Positions 1 through 9,213 of a DNA stretch of 64,000 bases are shown here, piece by piece (the stretch's first letter is position 1; the number at the start of each line of letters is the position of its first letter). The stretch covers positions 4,012 through 68,011 of the forward strand of contig CAYGHD010000002.1 of the NCBI GenBank assembly GCA_964349675.1, given 5' to 3'. The notes beneath the pieces were generated by a model. The model was not told where the DNA came from. It was given only the letters and a program-made list of their open reading frames with translations, and made no database searches. Made by a program: the position numbers and the translations under genes. Source of the DNA: an uncultured Candidatus Saccharibacteria bacterium. GTDB lineage: Bacteria > Patescibacteriota > Minisyncoccia > Phycocordibacterales > SBAW01.

Positions 1-491
1 GTCCGCAAGCGCGCGATGAGCGAGGATATAAAAAACTAGTCGAGGTGCAGGTGCTCCCACTTTTGGCGGCGCTGCAAAGCTCTATCGAGCAAGCCCATTT
101 TGTGCACGTGGTTGCAGAGCGTTTGCATGTGCCAGAAACTGCAGTGTGTGCAGAAGTACTCAAGCGCCCCAAACTCCCTGAGGTTGCTGAAACGCCTGCT
201 GCCGTGCTGCAAGCAGAAGTGTTTGCGCCGACGCCCTTTGAGCGTAAGGTCGGCATTATTTTATTTTCATTTGCAGCAGAGGCTCCAGAGCGGCAGCGTT
301 TACTTGAGTTGTGTGGGGAACATCGGTTGAGTGAATTGGAGTCGCTTTTGTTGCCACATGCAGAGCGGCTGCGTTTTGAGTTTGAACGAGAGGTGGGGGA
401 GCATTCGACCGCAGAGACTATTGCAGGCGACGTGTTGGGTGATATAGAGCGCGTGGTGACCCGTGAGCGCTTGAAACAAAAGTTTTCATGA
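1..491 (+). CDS. dnaG: DNA primase DnaG, C-terminal fragment (5' partial; gene begins upstream of the window)
   Basis: Open frame runs from the window edge to the stop at 491 and lies immediately upstream of rpoD, the conserved dnaG-rpoD arrangement. The helical C-terminal region resembles the DnaB-interacting domain. No catalytic motifs are in view. Confidence 0.45.
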   Translation, partial: PQARDERGYKKLVEVQVLPLLAALQSSIEQAHFVHVVAERLHVPETAVCAEVLKRPKLPEVAETPAAVLQAEVFAPTPFERKVGIILFSFAAEAPERQRLLELCGEHRLSELESLLLPHAERLRFEFEREVGEHSTAETIAGDVLGDIERVVTRERLKQKFS

Positions 492-538
492 ATTAGACCT
501 CTTTATTTTTTTGTATATATGAGGTATACTGCCGGCAC

Positions 539-1837
539 ATGGCACTCAAGAAAAAAGCAGTAAAAAAGCTTGCCCAGGGCGGTAAAATCCAAAAAAAGAA
601 GGCCGCTGTGCCTGCACGCAAGGCAGCTGCACGGGTGAGTGTTGTTGCAAAAGCCAAGAAGCTCCGAGAGGTCGCAGCAAAGCGTCGCGCAAAACTTGTA
701 GTGAAGAAAGCGCCTGCAAAAAAAGCAAAAGCGCTCGCTCCGGTTAAAGTAAATCCAAAAGTCGCCAAAAAAGCAGATGAGCAAAGCAAAAAAGCAGATA
801 TACTTTTGGCGCGCGGCCGCGAGATAGGGTTTGTCACCTACGACGAAATCCTCAAAGCATTCCCCACTATCGAAAGCGACGTGATGTTTTTGGAAGAGTT
901 GTATGAAAAATTTGCAACCGCGCATATCGACGTGCTCGAGGGTGGCGGCATGTTGGAGATTACTGAAGACCCGGTAGAAAAAGGCTACTCCCGCTCAGAC
1001 TCGCAATACGACTCTATCCAGATGTACCTGCGCGAGATAGGTAAGTACCCCCTCCTCTCTGCAAGCGGTGAGCGTGACTTGGCAAAACGTATTGTCGACG
1101 GCGACGCCGAGGCGCGCAATTTGCTTGCCCGCGCAAACCTACGCTTGGTGGTCTCTATTGCAAAAAAATATGTCGGCCGCAGCCCAGACTTGACCCTGCT
1201 CGACCTCATCCAAGAGGGTAACTTGGGGTTGTTTAAGGCGGTAGATAAATTTGATTATACAAAAGGGTATAAGTTTTCAACCTACGCAACCTGGTGGATC
1301 CGCCAGGCGATTACCCGTGCGCTTGCCGACCAAAGCCGCACCATCCGCATCCCTGTCCACATGGTTGAGACAATTGCCAAATACAAACAAGTGTCTCGCC
1401 GCCTGAGCCAAGACCTTGGCCGCGACCCGCTTGCAGAAGAGATTGCGCTTGAGATGGGCGTCGATGTTGAAAAAATCTACCAAATCGAAAAAATAGACCA
1501 AGACACCGTCTCGCTTGAAAGCCCGGTTGGCTCGGACGATGACGATGGTAAATCAGTCCTTGGCGACTTTATCAAAGACGATAAAATACTCTCGCCCGAC
1601 CAAGAGGTGTCGCGCCGCATTTTGGGCGACCAGCTGCATGAGATTTTGGACGAACTCTCGCCCAAAGAGCGCGAAATTTTGAAACTCCGTCACGGGCTTG
1701 AAGACGGCATTTACCACACGCTTGAAGAGGTGGGAAAGAAGTTTGGCGTCACCCGCGAGCGCATCCGTCAAATCGAGGCCAAAGCCCTCGACCGCATCCG
1801 CACCCACGACAAAGCAAAACGTCTCCGCAGCTACTAA
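539..1837 (+). CDS. rpoD: RNA polymerase primary sigma factor RpoD (sigma-70), short form with a lysine/alanine-rich basic N-terminal tail
   Basis: Region 1.2 to 2.x motifs are present: [45 protein letters not shown]. Region 4 is [16 protein letters not shown]...[20 protein letters not shown]. The first ~95 aa are KKA/AKK repeats in place of an acidic region 1.1. Confidence 0.9.
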   Translation: MALKKKAVKKLAQGGKIQKKKAAVPARKAAARVSVVAKAKKLREVAAKRRAKLVVKKAPAKKAKALAPVKVNPKVAKKADEQSKKADILLARGREIGFVTYDEILKAFPTIESDVMFLEELYEKFATAHIDVLEGGGMLEITEDPVEKGYSRSDSQYDSIQMYLREIGKYPLLSASGERDLAKRIVDGDAEARNLLARANLRLVVSIAKKYVGRSPDLTLLDLIQEGNLGLFKAVDKFDYTKGYKFSTYATWWIRQAITRALADQSRTIRIPVHMVETIAKYKQVSRRLSQDLGRDPLAEEIALEMGVDVEKIYQIEKIDQDTVSLESPVGSDDDDGKSVLGDFIKDDKILSPDQEVSRRILGDQLHEILDELSPKEREILKLRHGLEDGIYHTLEEVGKKFGVTRERIRQIEAKALDRIRTHDKAKRLRSY

Positions 1838-1871
1838 CTACGGCCTTTCAGCATGGCTACATAGGATACTC

Positions 1872-3068
1872 CTATGTAGAGGGTTGGTCGACCAGGTCCC
1901 AGATATGCTTCGCTACATTGCGGGGAGTGCCCTCAAACGGCAAATGGTGATTGTCAAAAAACGGCATTGAGTTGCACTCGATGACGCCGCATTTTTCTTG
2001 CTCCTTCCACGAGCGGGAAATGTCGTCGATGATAAAGTCGATGCCAACTACGGGCGCTTTGAGTATCGTTGCTATTTTTTCAAACAATGCGATGTTGTCT
2101 GGGTGGACGTCATCTGTTACGTCGGTGGTGGTGCCGCCCACAGACCAATTTATCTTTTGATGCAGTTGTACGCGCTGCCCTTTGTGCGGCACACTTTGCG
2201 GGGTGAGGTTTTGATACGCAAGTTCGGCAAGCGCTGCCTCGTCTAATTTTATGTGCGAAAAATAGGGCCCTTGCCGGCCAGGGTGTTTGTTTGCCGTGGC
2301 CACCAGCTCTTCCACCGTGTGTATGCCGTCGCCATAGACAACCGGTTGGTCACGGCGCAACGTCGCTATCAGCTTGCCGTCTACGAGTGTGGGGCGGTAG
2401 ACTGCGCCCACCAACTCCTCTTCAATCATCGCAAAGGGTGCAACTTGTTTGGCAACACGGTACGCCTCTTTGAGCTCGTCCGCTGTCTGTACATGCATGG
2501 TGGTGTGGCGCGACGCTGAGCCGACAAAAGGTTTTACAACAACGGGGTGCGGGATCTCGGCAAAAATACGCTCTGCTTTTTTGAGTGTGCCGGCTTTGCC
2601 GCCTTTGGCCACAGGGATGCCTGCTTTTTTAAATTTTTGGGTCAAGGTTGATTTGGTATCAAGCCACCACACCCCTTTGTCTTTATGTGCGGGTATGGGC
2701 AGCCCTTCAAAACTGATGCGTTGCCCTCCTGGCAGCGTTGCGATAAAAAACGACCGAGGCAAGCCAAACAGGCGAAACTCGCGCATTACAATGCCTCGGG
2801 TGTCCGCCTCTTGCCAGAGCATTTGGTGCAGCAACAGGGTGTGCTCGTCGGGCTTTAAGAGGTTGGTGCCCAGTGAAAGGTTTGCGAGCGTCATGTAGAG
2901 GTCAAACCCCGAGGATGGTTTGCCGGTGCTCAGGGCACTGCGGAGTGCGCGCGTGGTCAGCTGCATCACGGGGAGCATCACCATGTCCATGAGCAGTGCA
3001 GTAAACTCAACCCAATGCCGCACTTCGCCTCCGCAATGCGGGCAAACCTTTGCTGCTTCTTTTGCCAT
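1872..3068 (-). CDS. ATP-grasp ligase, cyanophycin-synthetase-N-terminal / RimK-like, with N-terminal CxxC zinc-ribbon
   Basis: CPHCGG lies at the N-terminus. ATP-grasp signatures are VVVKPFVGSASRHT, GGTTTDVTDDVHPDNI, GIDFIIDD and GVIECNSMPFF, which is the E-x-N motif. There is no Mur-ligase C-terminal domain. Confidence 0.6.
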   Translation of the reverse strand: MAKEAAKVCPHCGGEVRHWVEFTALLMDMVMLPVMQLTTRALRSALSTGKPSSGFDLYMTLANLSLGTNLLKPDEHTLLLHQMLWQEADTRGIVMREFRLFGLPRSFFIATLPGGQRISFEGLPIPAHKDKGVWWLDTKSTLTQKFKKAGIPVAKGGKAGTLKKAERIFAEIPHPVVVKPFVGSASRHTTMHVQTADELKEAYRVAKQVAPFAMIEEELVGAVYRPTLVDGKLIATLRRDQPVVYGDGIHTVEELVATANKHPGRQGPYFSHIKLDEAALAELAYQNLTPQSVPHKGQRVQLHQKINWSVGGTTTDVTDDVHPDNIALFEKIATILKAPVVGIDFIIDDISRSWKEQEKCGVIECNSMPFFDNHHLPFEGTPRNVAKHIWDLVDQPST

Positions 3069-3122
3069 AGCCTCCAGTATACTGCGTTTTTGCCCAGATT
3101 TTGAGCCTAAAATGGTATACTG

Positions 3123-3968
3123 GTGGCTATAATGCGCAGGGGTAAGTTACCGATACGGCATTGGAGCCACTCTTCCCTAATGGCCTTTTTGCGCAATCCG
3201 CTCGCGTGGTATAAGCGCTATGTTGAGGAGATATACGATACGCCGTCTTCGCCTGCGTCAGTGGTGGGGCGAGCGGGGCACGTAGCGCTCCAGCATTTTT
3301 ATGGCGGCATAGACAAAGAGGGTGCTATTGCACTTGGGCTTGAATATTTGCGCCAAGTACCTGATTTTGAAATTTCATTTGGTAAAGCAAAAAGCCGCCG
3401 CGCCCAAAAAGAAAAACGCGCGTCAATGGAGCGAGAATATCTGCAGATGACCGGATTTTATTTGGCGCGTCCGCCTCGGCACAAAGTGCTCGGGGTCGAG
3501 GTAAAAGGGGTGGCGACGGTTGAAGGGCTGATGCTCCCGCTTAAAGCGGTGTCAGACTTGGTGGTGCGGTCACGGGTTGACCCGGCGGGTATTGATATTA
3601 TCGACCACAAATTCGTCGACTCATTTAGCAAACAGGGTGCGCAAAAAGCGCTGTTTGTCATGCAGGCGCTGTTTAATTACTACACCGTGCGCTCTTTGTA
3701 CGACCAGCCCGTGCTGCGCTTTATTGTGTACGAATGCAAGAAGTCAAAAAACGCAGACGGGGCAGCGCAGTTGCGCCGCTACATCATCGACTTCCGCAAA
3801 TGCAAAGATGAGTTTGCGTTGTTCCATCGGCTTGTCAACGATGCAACCACAGAGATTACCCGAAAGCGGGTATACCTACCTAACCCATCAGATATGTTTG
3901 AGGGCGAGAATTCTTTCGATATTTACCGGCTCAGTTTGGTTGAGGAGCAGCTTGCTATCGAGGAGTAG
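3123..3968 (+). CDS. PD-(D/E)xK superfamily nuclease-like protein (RecB/Cas4-like fold, no Fe-S cysteines)
   Basis: N-terminal SHSSLMAFLRNPLAWYKRY motif plus a GIDIIDHKFVD-type D...(D/E)xK segment. Weak, fold-level call only. Confidence 0.4.
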   Translation: MAIMRRGKLPIRHWSHSSLMAFLRNPLAWYKRYVEEIYDTPSSPASVVGRAGHVALQHFYGGIDKEGAIALGLEYLRQVPDFEISFGKAKSRRAQKEKRASMEREYLQMTGFYLARPPRHKVLGVEVKGVATVEGLMLPLKAVSDLVVRSRVDPAGIDIIDHKFVDSFSKQGAQKALFVMQALFNYYTVRSLYDQPVLRFIVYECKKSKNADGAAQLRRYIIDFRKCKDEFALFHRLVNDATTEITRKRVYLPNPSDMFEGENSFDIYRLSLVEEQLAIEE

Positions 3969-4662
3969 TTGTTGCAGTGCCTCCGGGGATTTGTGCGAGT
4001 ACGGTGTCGATGGCTGCGCGCATTGAGTCATATGGCTGTGCGCCGTCAAGCGGGAGCACGTCATTGCCAACCATGATGAGGGTAAACGGTGTGCCTTTGC
4101 CGCCAGCTGCGATTGCCTCGCTGTAACTGTCGCTCACCTTTTTTGTGTACTTGCCGCTCGAGAGGCATTGGTTAAAGACGGAGACGTCGAGGCCAAGCTC
4201 TGCTGCAATGATGGGGAGCTGCGCTAGGTCAAGGTTGTTGTCGCCAGGGGTAACTGAGTAGAGGCGGTCAATGTATTTGTAAAAGGTTACGTCACCTCCT
4301 TGGTCGGCAGCACATTCAGCGGCAGCGGCCTCTTGAGGTGCTTTAGAGTGGATTTGCGCAAGCGGGAATGGCCGGTACACCCAAGCAACTTTTCCAGATG
4401 GGCCGTAAAAGTCCATGATTTGGTGCATGGTGGTGTGGAAGGTTTTGCAATGCGGACATTCAAGGTCTGCGTACTCAATCACTTTGACCGGTGCGTCCGG
4501 GTTGCCAAGGATATGGTCGATTTTTGGGTCATACGCGCGAGCGGCAGTTTTTTGCGTATTTACTCCAGATGGGCTGCCGTTTTTACCAACCCAAAACACA
4601 GCGCCTGCGATGAGTGCGCCTGCAATAACAATGGTGAGCGGAAGTGCGTATTGGGATTTCAT
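3955..4662 (-). CDS. DsbA/BdbD-like thiol:disulfide oxidoreductase, membrane-anchored
   Basis: N-terminal TM helix and a thioredoxin-fold CPHC active site (EYADLECPHCKTFH). Confidence 0.75.
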   Translation of the reverse strand: MKSQYALPLTIVIAGALIAGAVFWVGKNGSPSGVNTQKTAARAYDPKIDHILGNPDAPVKVIEYADLECPHCKTFHTTMHQIMDFYGPSGKVAWVYRPFPLAQIHSKAPQEAAAAECAADQGGDVTFYKYIDRLYSVTPGDNNLDLAQLPIIAAELGLDVSVFNQCLSSGKYTKKVSDSYSEAIAAGGKGTPFTLIMVGNDVLPLDGAQPYDSMRAAIDTVLAQIPGGTATTTPR

Positions 4663-4702
4663 AAATACTATCTAATTACTTAATACGCACATTCTAACAT
4701 AT

Positions 4703-5278
4703 CTAGAAAGGTAGTGTGTGGGTCAGGAGCGCCGTTTCGGCCGCCTTTTCCCAGCCAGCAGGGTTAATTTTTATATCGCGGATCCCGTCAAAATCTTTGT
4801 ATTTAAGATGTTTGTGCTTTTTTGCATAGTCGTAGAGCTCTTTGGTCACCCGGACGTCGTCGATACAATACTCGCGCAATTTATCTATGTTGCCTTCTTG
4901 CCACCACTTCACCGCATCAAGTCCGCTTGCTATTTTGCCTTTACCCAGCGTCGCCTCGGCAATGTTGTCCATTTTGAGCCGACGCCCGAGCACTGCGCGC
5001 ACCTCTTTAAGCAGGTCGATACTGCGCATCTGGGTCAAGTCGCCCGGATAGTATTTGTTTAAAATAGGAATGTCGAAGTGGTCAGAGTTGTAGCCGATAA
5101 GTACATCTGCACGCTCCAAGATGCCCCAAAGTTTTGGAAGCTCCTCTTTTAAATAGCTCGAGTAGCTGTCTGTTTTTGAATCATAAATACAGACAATAGT
5201 GAGCTCTTGGTTAGTAAAATCAATACTCCCTTTTTGCATCTGACCCGTTGTTTCAATATCAAAGACAATGCGACGCAT
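4703..5278 (-). CDS. 3'-5' exonuclease, DEDD (DnaQ-like) family
   Basis: Exo I motif FDIETTG, Exo II motif GYNSDHFDIPIL and Exo III motif YCIDDV (Y-x3-D). Confidence 0.65.
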   Translation of the reverse strand: MRRIVFDIETTGQMQKGSIDFTNQELTIVCIYDSKTDSYSSYLKEELPKLWGILERADVLIGYNSDHFDIPILNKYYPGDLTQMRSIDLLKEVRAVLGRRLKMDNIAEATLGKGKIASGLDAVKWWQEGNIDKLREYCIDDVRVTKELYDYAKKHKHLKYKDFDGIRDIKINPAGWEKAAETALLTHTLPF

Positions 5279-5284
5279 ACGACA

Positions 5285-6535
5285 CTAGTGTTTAAGGAAA
5301 AAAGCGGCAAGTGCGTCTGCGGCGAGCTTTGTCTCTTGCCCGGTTTTGAGGTCGCGTACGGCAAAGATGCCTGTCCGCAACTCGTCGTCGCCCATAACCA
5401 ACAAATAGGGGATGGTGTGTTTTGAGGCGGCTTTTATCTGGTCAGCGAGTTTTTTGTCGCCAAAGTCTAGTCCAACGTTTACTCCGCTTGTGCGCAGTGT
5501 TGTTGCCAGCGCAAGCCCATCGTTGAGTAGTGCAGGGTTGGTGAGCGCGATATAGACGTCAGTATGCGGCGCGTATGCGGGCAACAGGCCGCGCACAGCT
5601 AAAAAGTCTTGGATGGTTACGTCACCCATGCCAAACCCCACTCCCGCGATAGGTTCGTCGTCAAAAAGTGCAGTCAGGTTGTCATAGCGTCCGCCACCAA
5701 AGAGCGAGCGGTTGTTGTCTTTGTGCGTATCAAACACTTCAAACACCACGCCGGTGTAGTAGTTAAACCCGCGCACCACGCTGGTGTCGAACTCAACATT
5801 GGTAATATCCAAGGTTTTGAGATGCGCCATTGTCTCTGCCACATCTGCGGGTGCATTTGCTGCAGAGAGTCTCTCAAGTGGAACGCCAAATGCAGCGAGC
5901 TCCGCTTTAAACTCCTCCGCGGGCATTTTTGCGCGACGGTCGAGCAGATACAAAAAACGTCCACGCGACTCTTCGGGGAGAGAATACTCATCCATCAGCG
6001 CGTTTAAAAATGCACGGCTACTTATTTTGATGACAAAGTCGTCTTTCTTTGCGCCAAAGGCCGCCATTACTGTTGCTGCAAGGGCTATGACCTCGGCCTC
6101 GGCTGCTTTGGACGCCGAGCCAAAGATGTCGACATTTAACTGCCAATGTTCGCGCAAGCGGCCACGCTGCGGGCGCTCGTAGCGAAAGACGTTGGGTATA
6201 GAGAAAAGGCGGAGCGGGAAGCCAAGCTCGCGCCGTTTACCGGCAACCATGCGGGCGACCGAAGGAGTCATCTCAGGGCGGAGCGTTACTTCGCGGCCGC
6301 CGCGGTCGGTAAAGGTGTAGGTTTGGTCATTTACGATTTCCTCATTATCGCTGCCTTTTGCGCGATACAGCTCGGCTGGCTCTAGAACAGACGCGTGGTA
6401 TTCGACATAGCCAAATCGCTCTGCGACGCCGCGGCAGGTGCTGATGATGTAATTTAAAAACGCCTGGTCTTCGGGGTAAAAGTCGCGGACGCCCTTATAC
6501 GGCTCAACGGAAAGTTTATTTTTTTTGCTGCTCAT
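5285..6535 (-). CDS. hisS: Histidine--tRNA ligase
   Basis: Class II aaRS motifs: GVRDF, TLRPEMTPSVARM, FRYERPQRGRLREHWQ, and a C-terminal anticodon-binding domain. Confidence 0.9.
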   Translation of the reverse strand: MSSKKNKLSVEPYKGVRDFYPEDQAFLNYIISTCRGVAERFGYVEYHASVLEPAELYRAKGSDNEEIVNDQTYTFTDRGGREVTLRPEMTPSVARMVAGKRRELGFPLRLFSIPNVFRYERPQRGRLREHWQLNVDIFGSASKAAEAEVIALAATVMAAFGAKKDDFVIKISSRAFLNALMDEYSLPEESRGRFLYLLDRRAKMPAEEFKAELAAFGVPLERLSAANAPADVAETMAHLKTLDITNVEFDTSVVRGFNYYTGVVFEVFDTHKDNNRSLFGGGRYDNLTALFDDEPIAGVGFGMGDVTIQDFLAVRGLLPAYAPHTDVYIALTNPALLNDGLALATTLRTSGVNVGLDFGDKKLADQIKAASKHTIPYLLVMGDDELRTGIFAVRDLKTGQETKLAADALAAFFLKH

Positions 6536-6566
6536 AGGATTATCTAGTATTCTAGCAGAAATGCCT

Positions 6567-7379
6567 CAAGAAAACAGGGAGACAAAAAAAGAGCCTATGG
6601 TCACTCCGCGCACGGTGGGGGGCAAGGTACTTAACCTCTACAAACAAGCGGGAGAGACACCACGCGAGCGCTTGGAGCGTTTGCGTGCACAAAAGCCAGA
6701 GTACGCGCATGAGGTGCTTTCATACGCAGGCCGCTTGGACCCAATGGCCGAGGGGATACTCATTACGCTCGTTGGGTCGGCCAACAAAATGCGCGAGGCA
6801 TATTTAGACATGGATAAAGAGTACGTATTGGACGTGCTGTTTGGATTTTCAACCGATACGTATGACCTGTTGGGGCGAGTGATGGAAAGCGGTGATGCAA
6901 GTGGGCTCCGCAAAGCACAGCTTGAAAAAGAATTGAACGAGTTTCGCGGACGATTTTCGCAAGAGTATCCGCCATTTTCATCTAAAACCGTGGAGGGGAA
7001 GTCTTTGTTTGAGTGGGCGCGCGGCGGGCTCATCGGCACCCTGGTGATGCCGCGCAAAACAGTGACGATTTATGACATCACGCTGGAGCATGTCTACAAA
7101 ATTAAAGAAAAAGATTTACTTACTTATATTGAAACGTCGATAGATAAAATCCAAGGAGACTTCCGGCAAGAAGAAATTTTGCGGCTGTGGAACCGCAACT
7201 TGCGCAAAGAGGGTGACCGCACCTTCCCCTGCGCGACCATCAAAATTTCCTGCTCGAGCGGTACCTACGCGCGCTCTATTGCCCACACCATGGGGCAAGA
7301 TTTGGGCGTCCCGGCCCTGGCGCTCCACATTTTACGCACCAAAGTAGGGGACTATGACGTTTCAAAAAGCTTGAAATAA
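6567..7379 (+). CDS. truB: tRNA pseudouridine(55) synthase TruB
   Basis: Catalytic motif GRLDPMAEGILI (compare GALDPLATG). The overall sequence is collinear with TruB. The start is ambiguous; 6525 and 6597 are alternatives. Confidence 0.85.
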   Translation, partial: QENRETKKEPMVTPRTVGGKVLNLYKQAGETPRERLERLRAQKPEYAHEVLSYAGRLDPMAEGILITLVGSANKMREAYLDMDKEYVLDVLFGFSTDTYDLLGRVMESGDASGLRKAQLEKELNEFRGRFSQEYPPFSSKTVEGKSLFEWARGGLIGTLVMPRKTVTIYDITLEHVYKIKEKDLLTYIETSIDKIQGDFRQEEILRLWNRNLRKEGDRTFPCATIKISCSSGTYARSIAHTMGQDLGVPALALHILRTKVGDYDVSKSLK

Positions 7380-7388
7380 AAATAGCAA

Positions 7389-7428
7389 AACCCCCGTAAG
7401 TCCGACTTACGGGGGTTTTCTTTTTAGT
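7389..7428. terminator. Bidirectional intrinsic terminator between truB and nrdB
   Basis: aacccccgtaagt-ccg-acttacgggggtt perfect 13-bp stem, flanked by A-run and T-run. Confidence 0.65.
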
Positions 7429-7431
7429 AGT

Positions 7432-8424
7432 TTACCAATCCAACTCTCCAGTCTTGTACTCAGTAACGCGAGTCTCGAAGAAGTTCTTCTCTTTTGGCAT
7501 ATCGATAATCTCCGACATCCAAGGGAAGGGGTTGTCTTTGTGGTACTGGCGCTCCAAACCAATGCGCTCGAGGCGGCGGTCGGCAACATGCTCAACGTAT
7601 TGCTTAACGGTTGTTGGGGTAAGGCCAACGATGCCTCTCGGGAGTGCGTCGTCTGCATATTTTTTCTCCAATTCAACGCCGCGCATGATGTTGTCGGTCA
7701 GCTCCTTTTTAAATTCTGGAGTCCAGATCTCCGGATTTTCTTGCACAATGGTGTTGATGAGGTCGGCGCCAAAGGCCAAGTGTACCGACTCGTCGCGCAA
7801 AATAAACTGGAACTGCTCGCCCACACCTACCATGCGGCTTTTGCGTAGCATCGACAGCATCATCACAAACCCGGCGTAGAAGAAGATGCCTTCCATAATG
7901 ACGTAGTAGCCAACCAGGTCGTGCACAAAGCGTTTAATATTTTCAGGCCCTTCAGTCGTAAAGCCCGGGTCAAATACGTTTTTGGTCATCTCGACCACAA
8001 AGTCATCCTTCTCTTTTATCGACGGAACGTTTTCGTACATCTTGTAGATCTCGTCGGGGTTGAGTCCGAGCGTGTCGCAGCAGTAGATAAATGTGTCGGT
8101 GTGTACCGCCTCTTCATACGCTTGGCGCAAAATGTATTGCCGTGCTTCGGGGTTGGTGATGTGGCGGTAAATCGCCAGCACCAGGTTGTTGGCAGTCAAA
8201 GACTCAGCGGTAGAGAAAAATCCAAGGTTCCACAAAATCATGCGACGCTCGTCTTCGCTCAGTGCGCCGGGCTTCTTCCACAACTCCACATCTTGCTGCA
8301 TGGACACCTCTTCGGGTACCCAGTTGTTGGCAACACCTTTTTTGTAGTGGGTACGCGCCCACTTGTACTTCATTGGGAGGATTTTGTTCGGATCGGTTGT
8401 TGATGCGCCGTTGATGATACCCAT
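7432..8424 (-). CDS. nrdB: Ribonucleotide reductase class I beta (small) subunit
   Basis: Ferritin-like di-iron and radical site residues (EAVHTDTF, EGIFFYAGF). The C-terminal tail ends ...TGELDW. Confidence 0.9.
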   Translation of the reverse strand: MGIINGASTTDPNKILPMKYKWARTHYKKGVANNWVPEEVSMQQDVELWKKPGALSEDERRMILWNLGFFSTAESLTANNLVLAIYRHITNPEARQYILRQAYEEAVHTDTFIYCCDTLGLNPDEIYKMYENVPSIKEKDDFVVEMTKNVFDPGFTTEGPENIKRFVHDLVGYYVIMEGIFFYAGFVMMLSMLRKSRMVGVGEQFQFILRDESVHLAFGADLINTIVQENPEIWTPEFKKELTDNIMRGVELEKKYADDALPRGIVGLTPTTVKQYVEHVADRRLERIGLERQYHKDNPFPWMSEIIDMPKEKNFFETRVTEYKTGELDW

Positions 8425-8561
8425 AATCTAGTGAGTGAGCGAATAAAAGTTTACTTTTAACTCAGTATTTCTGTTAGCTGACATCTTTATTGTATTGGCG
8501 AGGTAGGTAATCGACAAGGTTTTTCAGCACGAAACCCTTTTTCTAGAGCGCTGTATAGGGT

Positions 8562-8590
8562 TGACAAAATAACTAAAATAGTATATAATG
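8562..8590 (+). promoter_or_regulatory. Near-consensus sigma-70 promoter (TTGACA-17 bp-TATAAT)
   Basis: ttgacaaaataactaaaatagtatataat. Read directly from the sequence. A GGAG Shine-Dalgarno and the ATG at 8619-8621 follow. Confidence 0.5.
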
Positions 8591-8620
8591 AGCGCAGGAC
8601 TGAGTTTTTGGAGAAAGAAG

Positions 8621-8854
8621 ATGCTCCCAGATAGTGGCTTTCGGTCAGTGATTAACCGCTTAGCGCAGCCTGAAGAAGGTTGGAGATTCAAAGGCTACCG
8701 ACTACACAATCGGACGGTCTGCGAATTTTATGCCTTTTTTGAGACGGGTTCGCCTGACGGTTACGATAAAGAAACGTGTAGCCGAATGGCGCGCAATGCC
8801 GGCGGCCAAAAGGCCGAAGAAATGCAATACGCACTACTGCACTGGCCTCAATAA
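8621..8854 (+). CDS. Hypothetical small protein (77 aa) downstream of the consensus promoter, antisense to the nrdA-nrdB operon
   Basis: ORF with GGAG-N6-ATG. No recognisable domain. Confidence 0.3.
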   Translation: MLPDSGFRSVINRLAQPEEGWRFKGYRLHNRTVCEFYAFFETGSPDGYDKETCSRMARNAGGQKAEEMQYALLHWPQ

Positions 8855-8897
8855 GTTAGTGCAACACCCCGTCATCGAAAGATGCCGGGTTTGTTAG

Positions 8898-9182
8898 TTA
8901 TTGCTCCAATTTCATCAACCTTCTGCTGTGGGTTTCGAGTGTGCGGTGTTGTTTGTAGATTGATTTGCCAACCGCAACTACATCCTCTTTTAACATTTTT
9001 ATATCCTTGCTCGTTTCTTGCTGCTCAATTTTAATGTCGCGGATTTCTTTACTCATGAGATGCAATTGGCCGTTCACGAGTTCGAATCGTTTCTCCACCA
9101 CCTCAAATTGGTGTTTAGTGAAGGTTATAAAGTCGGTCAGGACATTATAGACCTCTGTTATTGTACGTTCTTTCCTTGCCAT
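8898..9182 (-). CDS. Hypothetical coiled-coil protein (94 aa) encoded between nrdA and nrdB
   Basis: Heptad-rich, charged sequence. It is neither NrdI (flavodoxin) nor NrdH (CxxC). Confidence 0.35.
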   Translation of the reverse strand: MARKERTITEVYNVLTDFITFTKHQFEVVEKRFELVNGQLHLMSKEIRDIKIEQQETSKDIKMLKEDVVAVGKSIYKQHRTLETHSRRLMKLEQ

Positions 9183-9213
9183 ATTTTTTTAATTATACAG
9201 CTAGTAATCTGTC

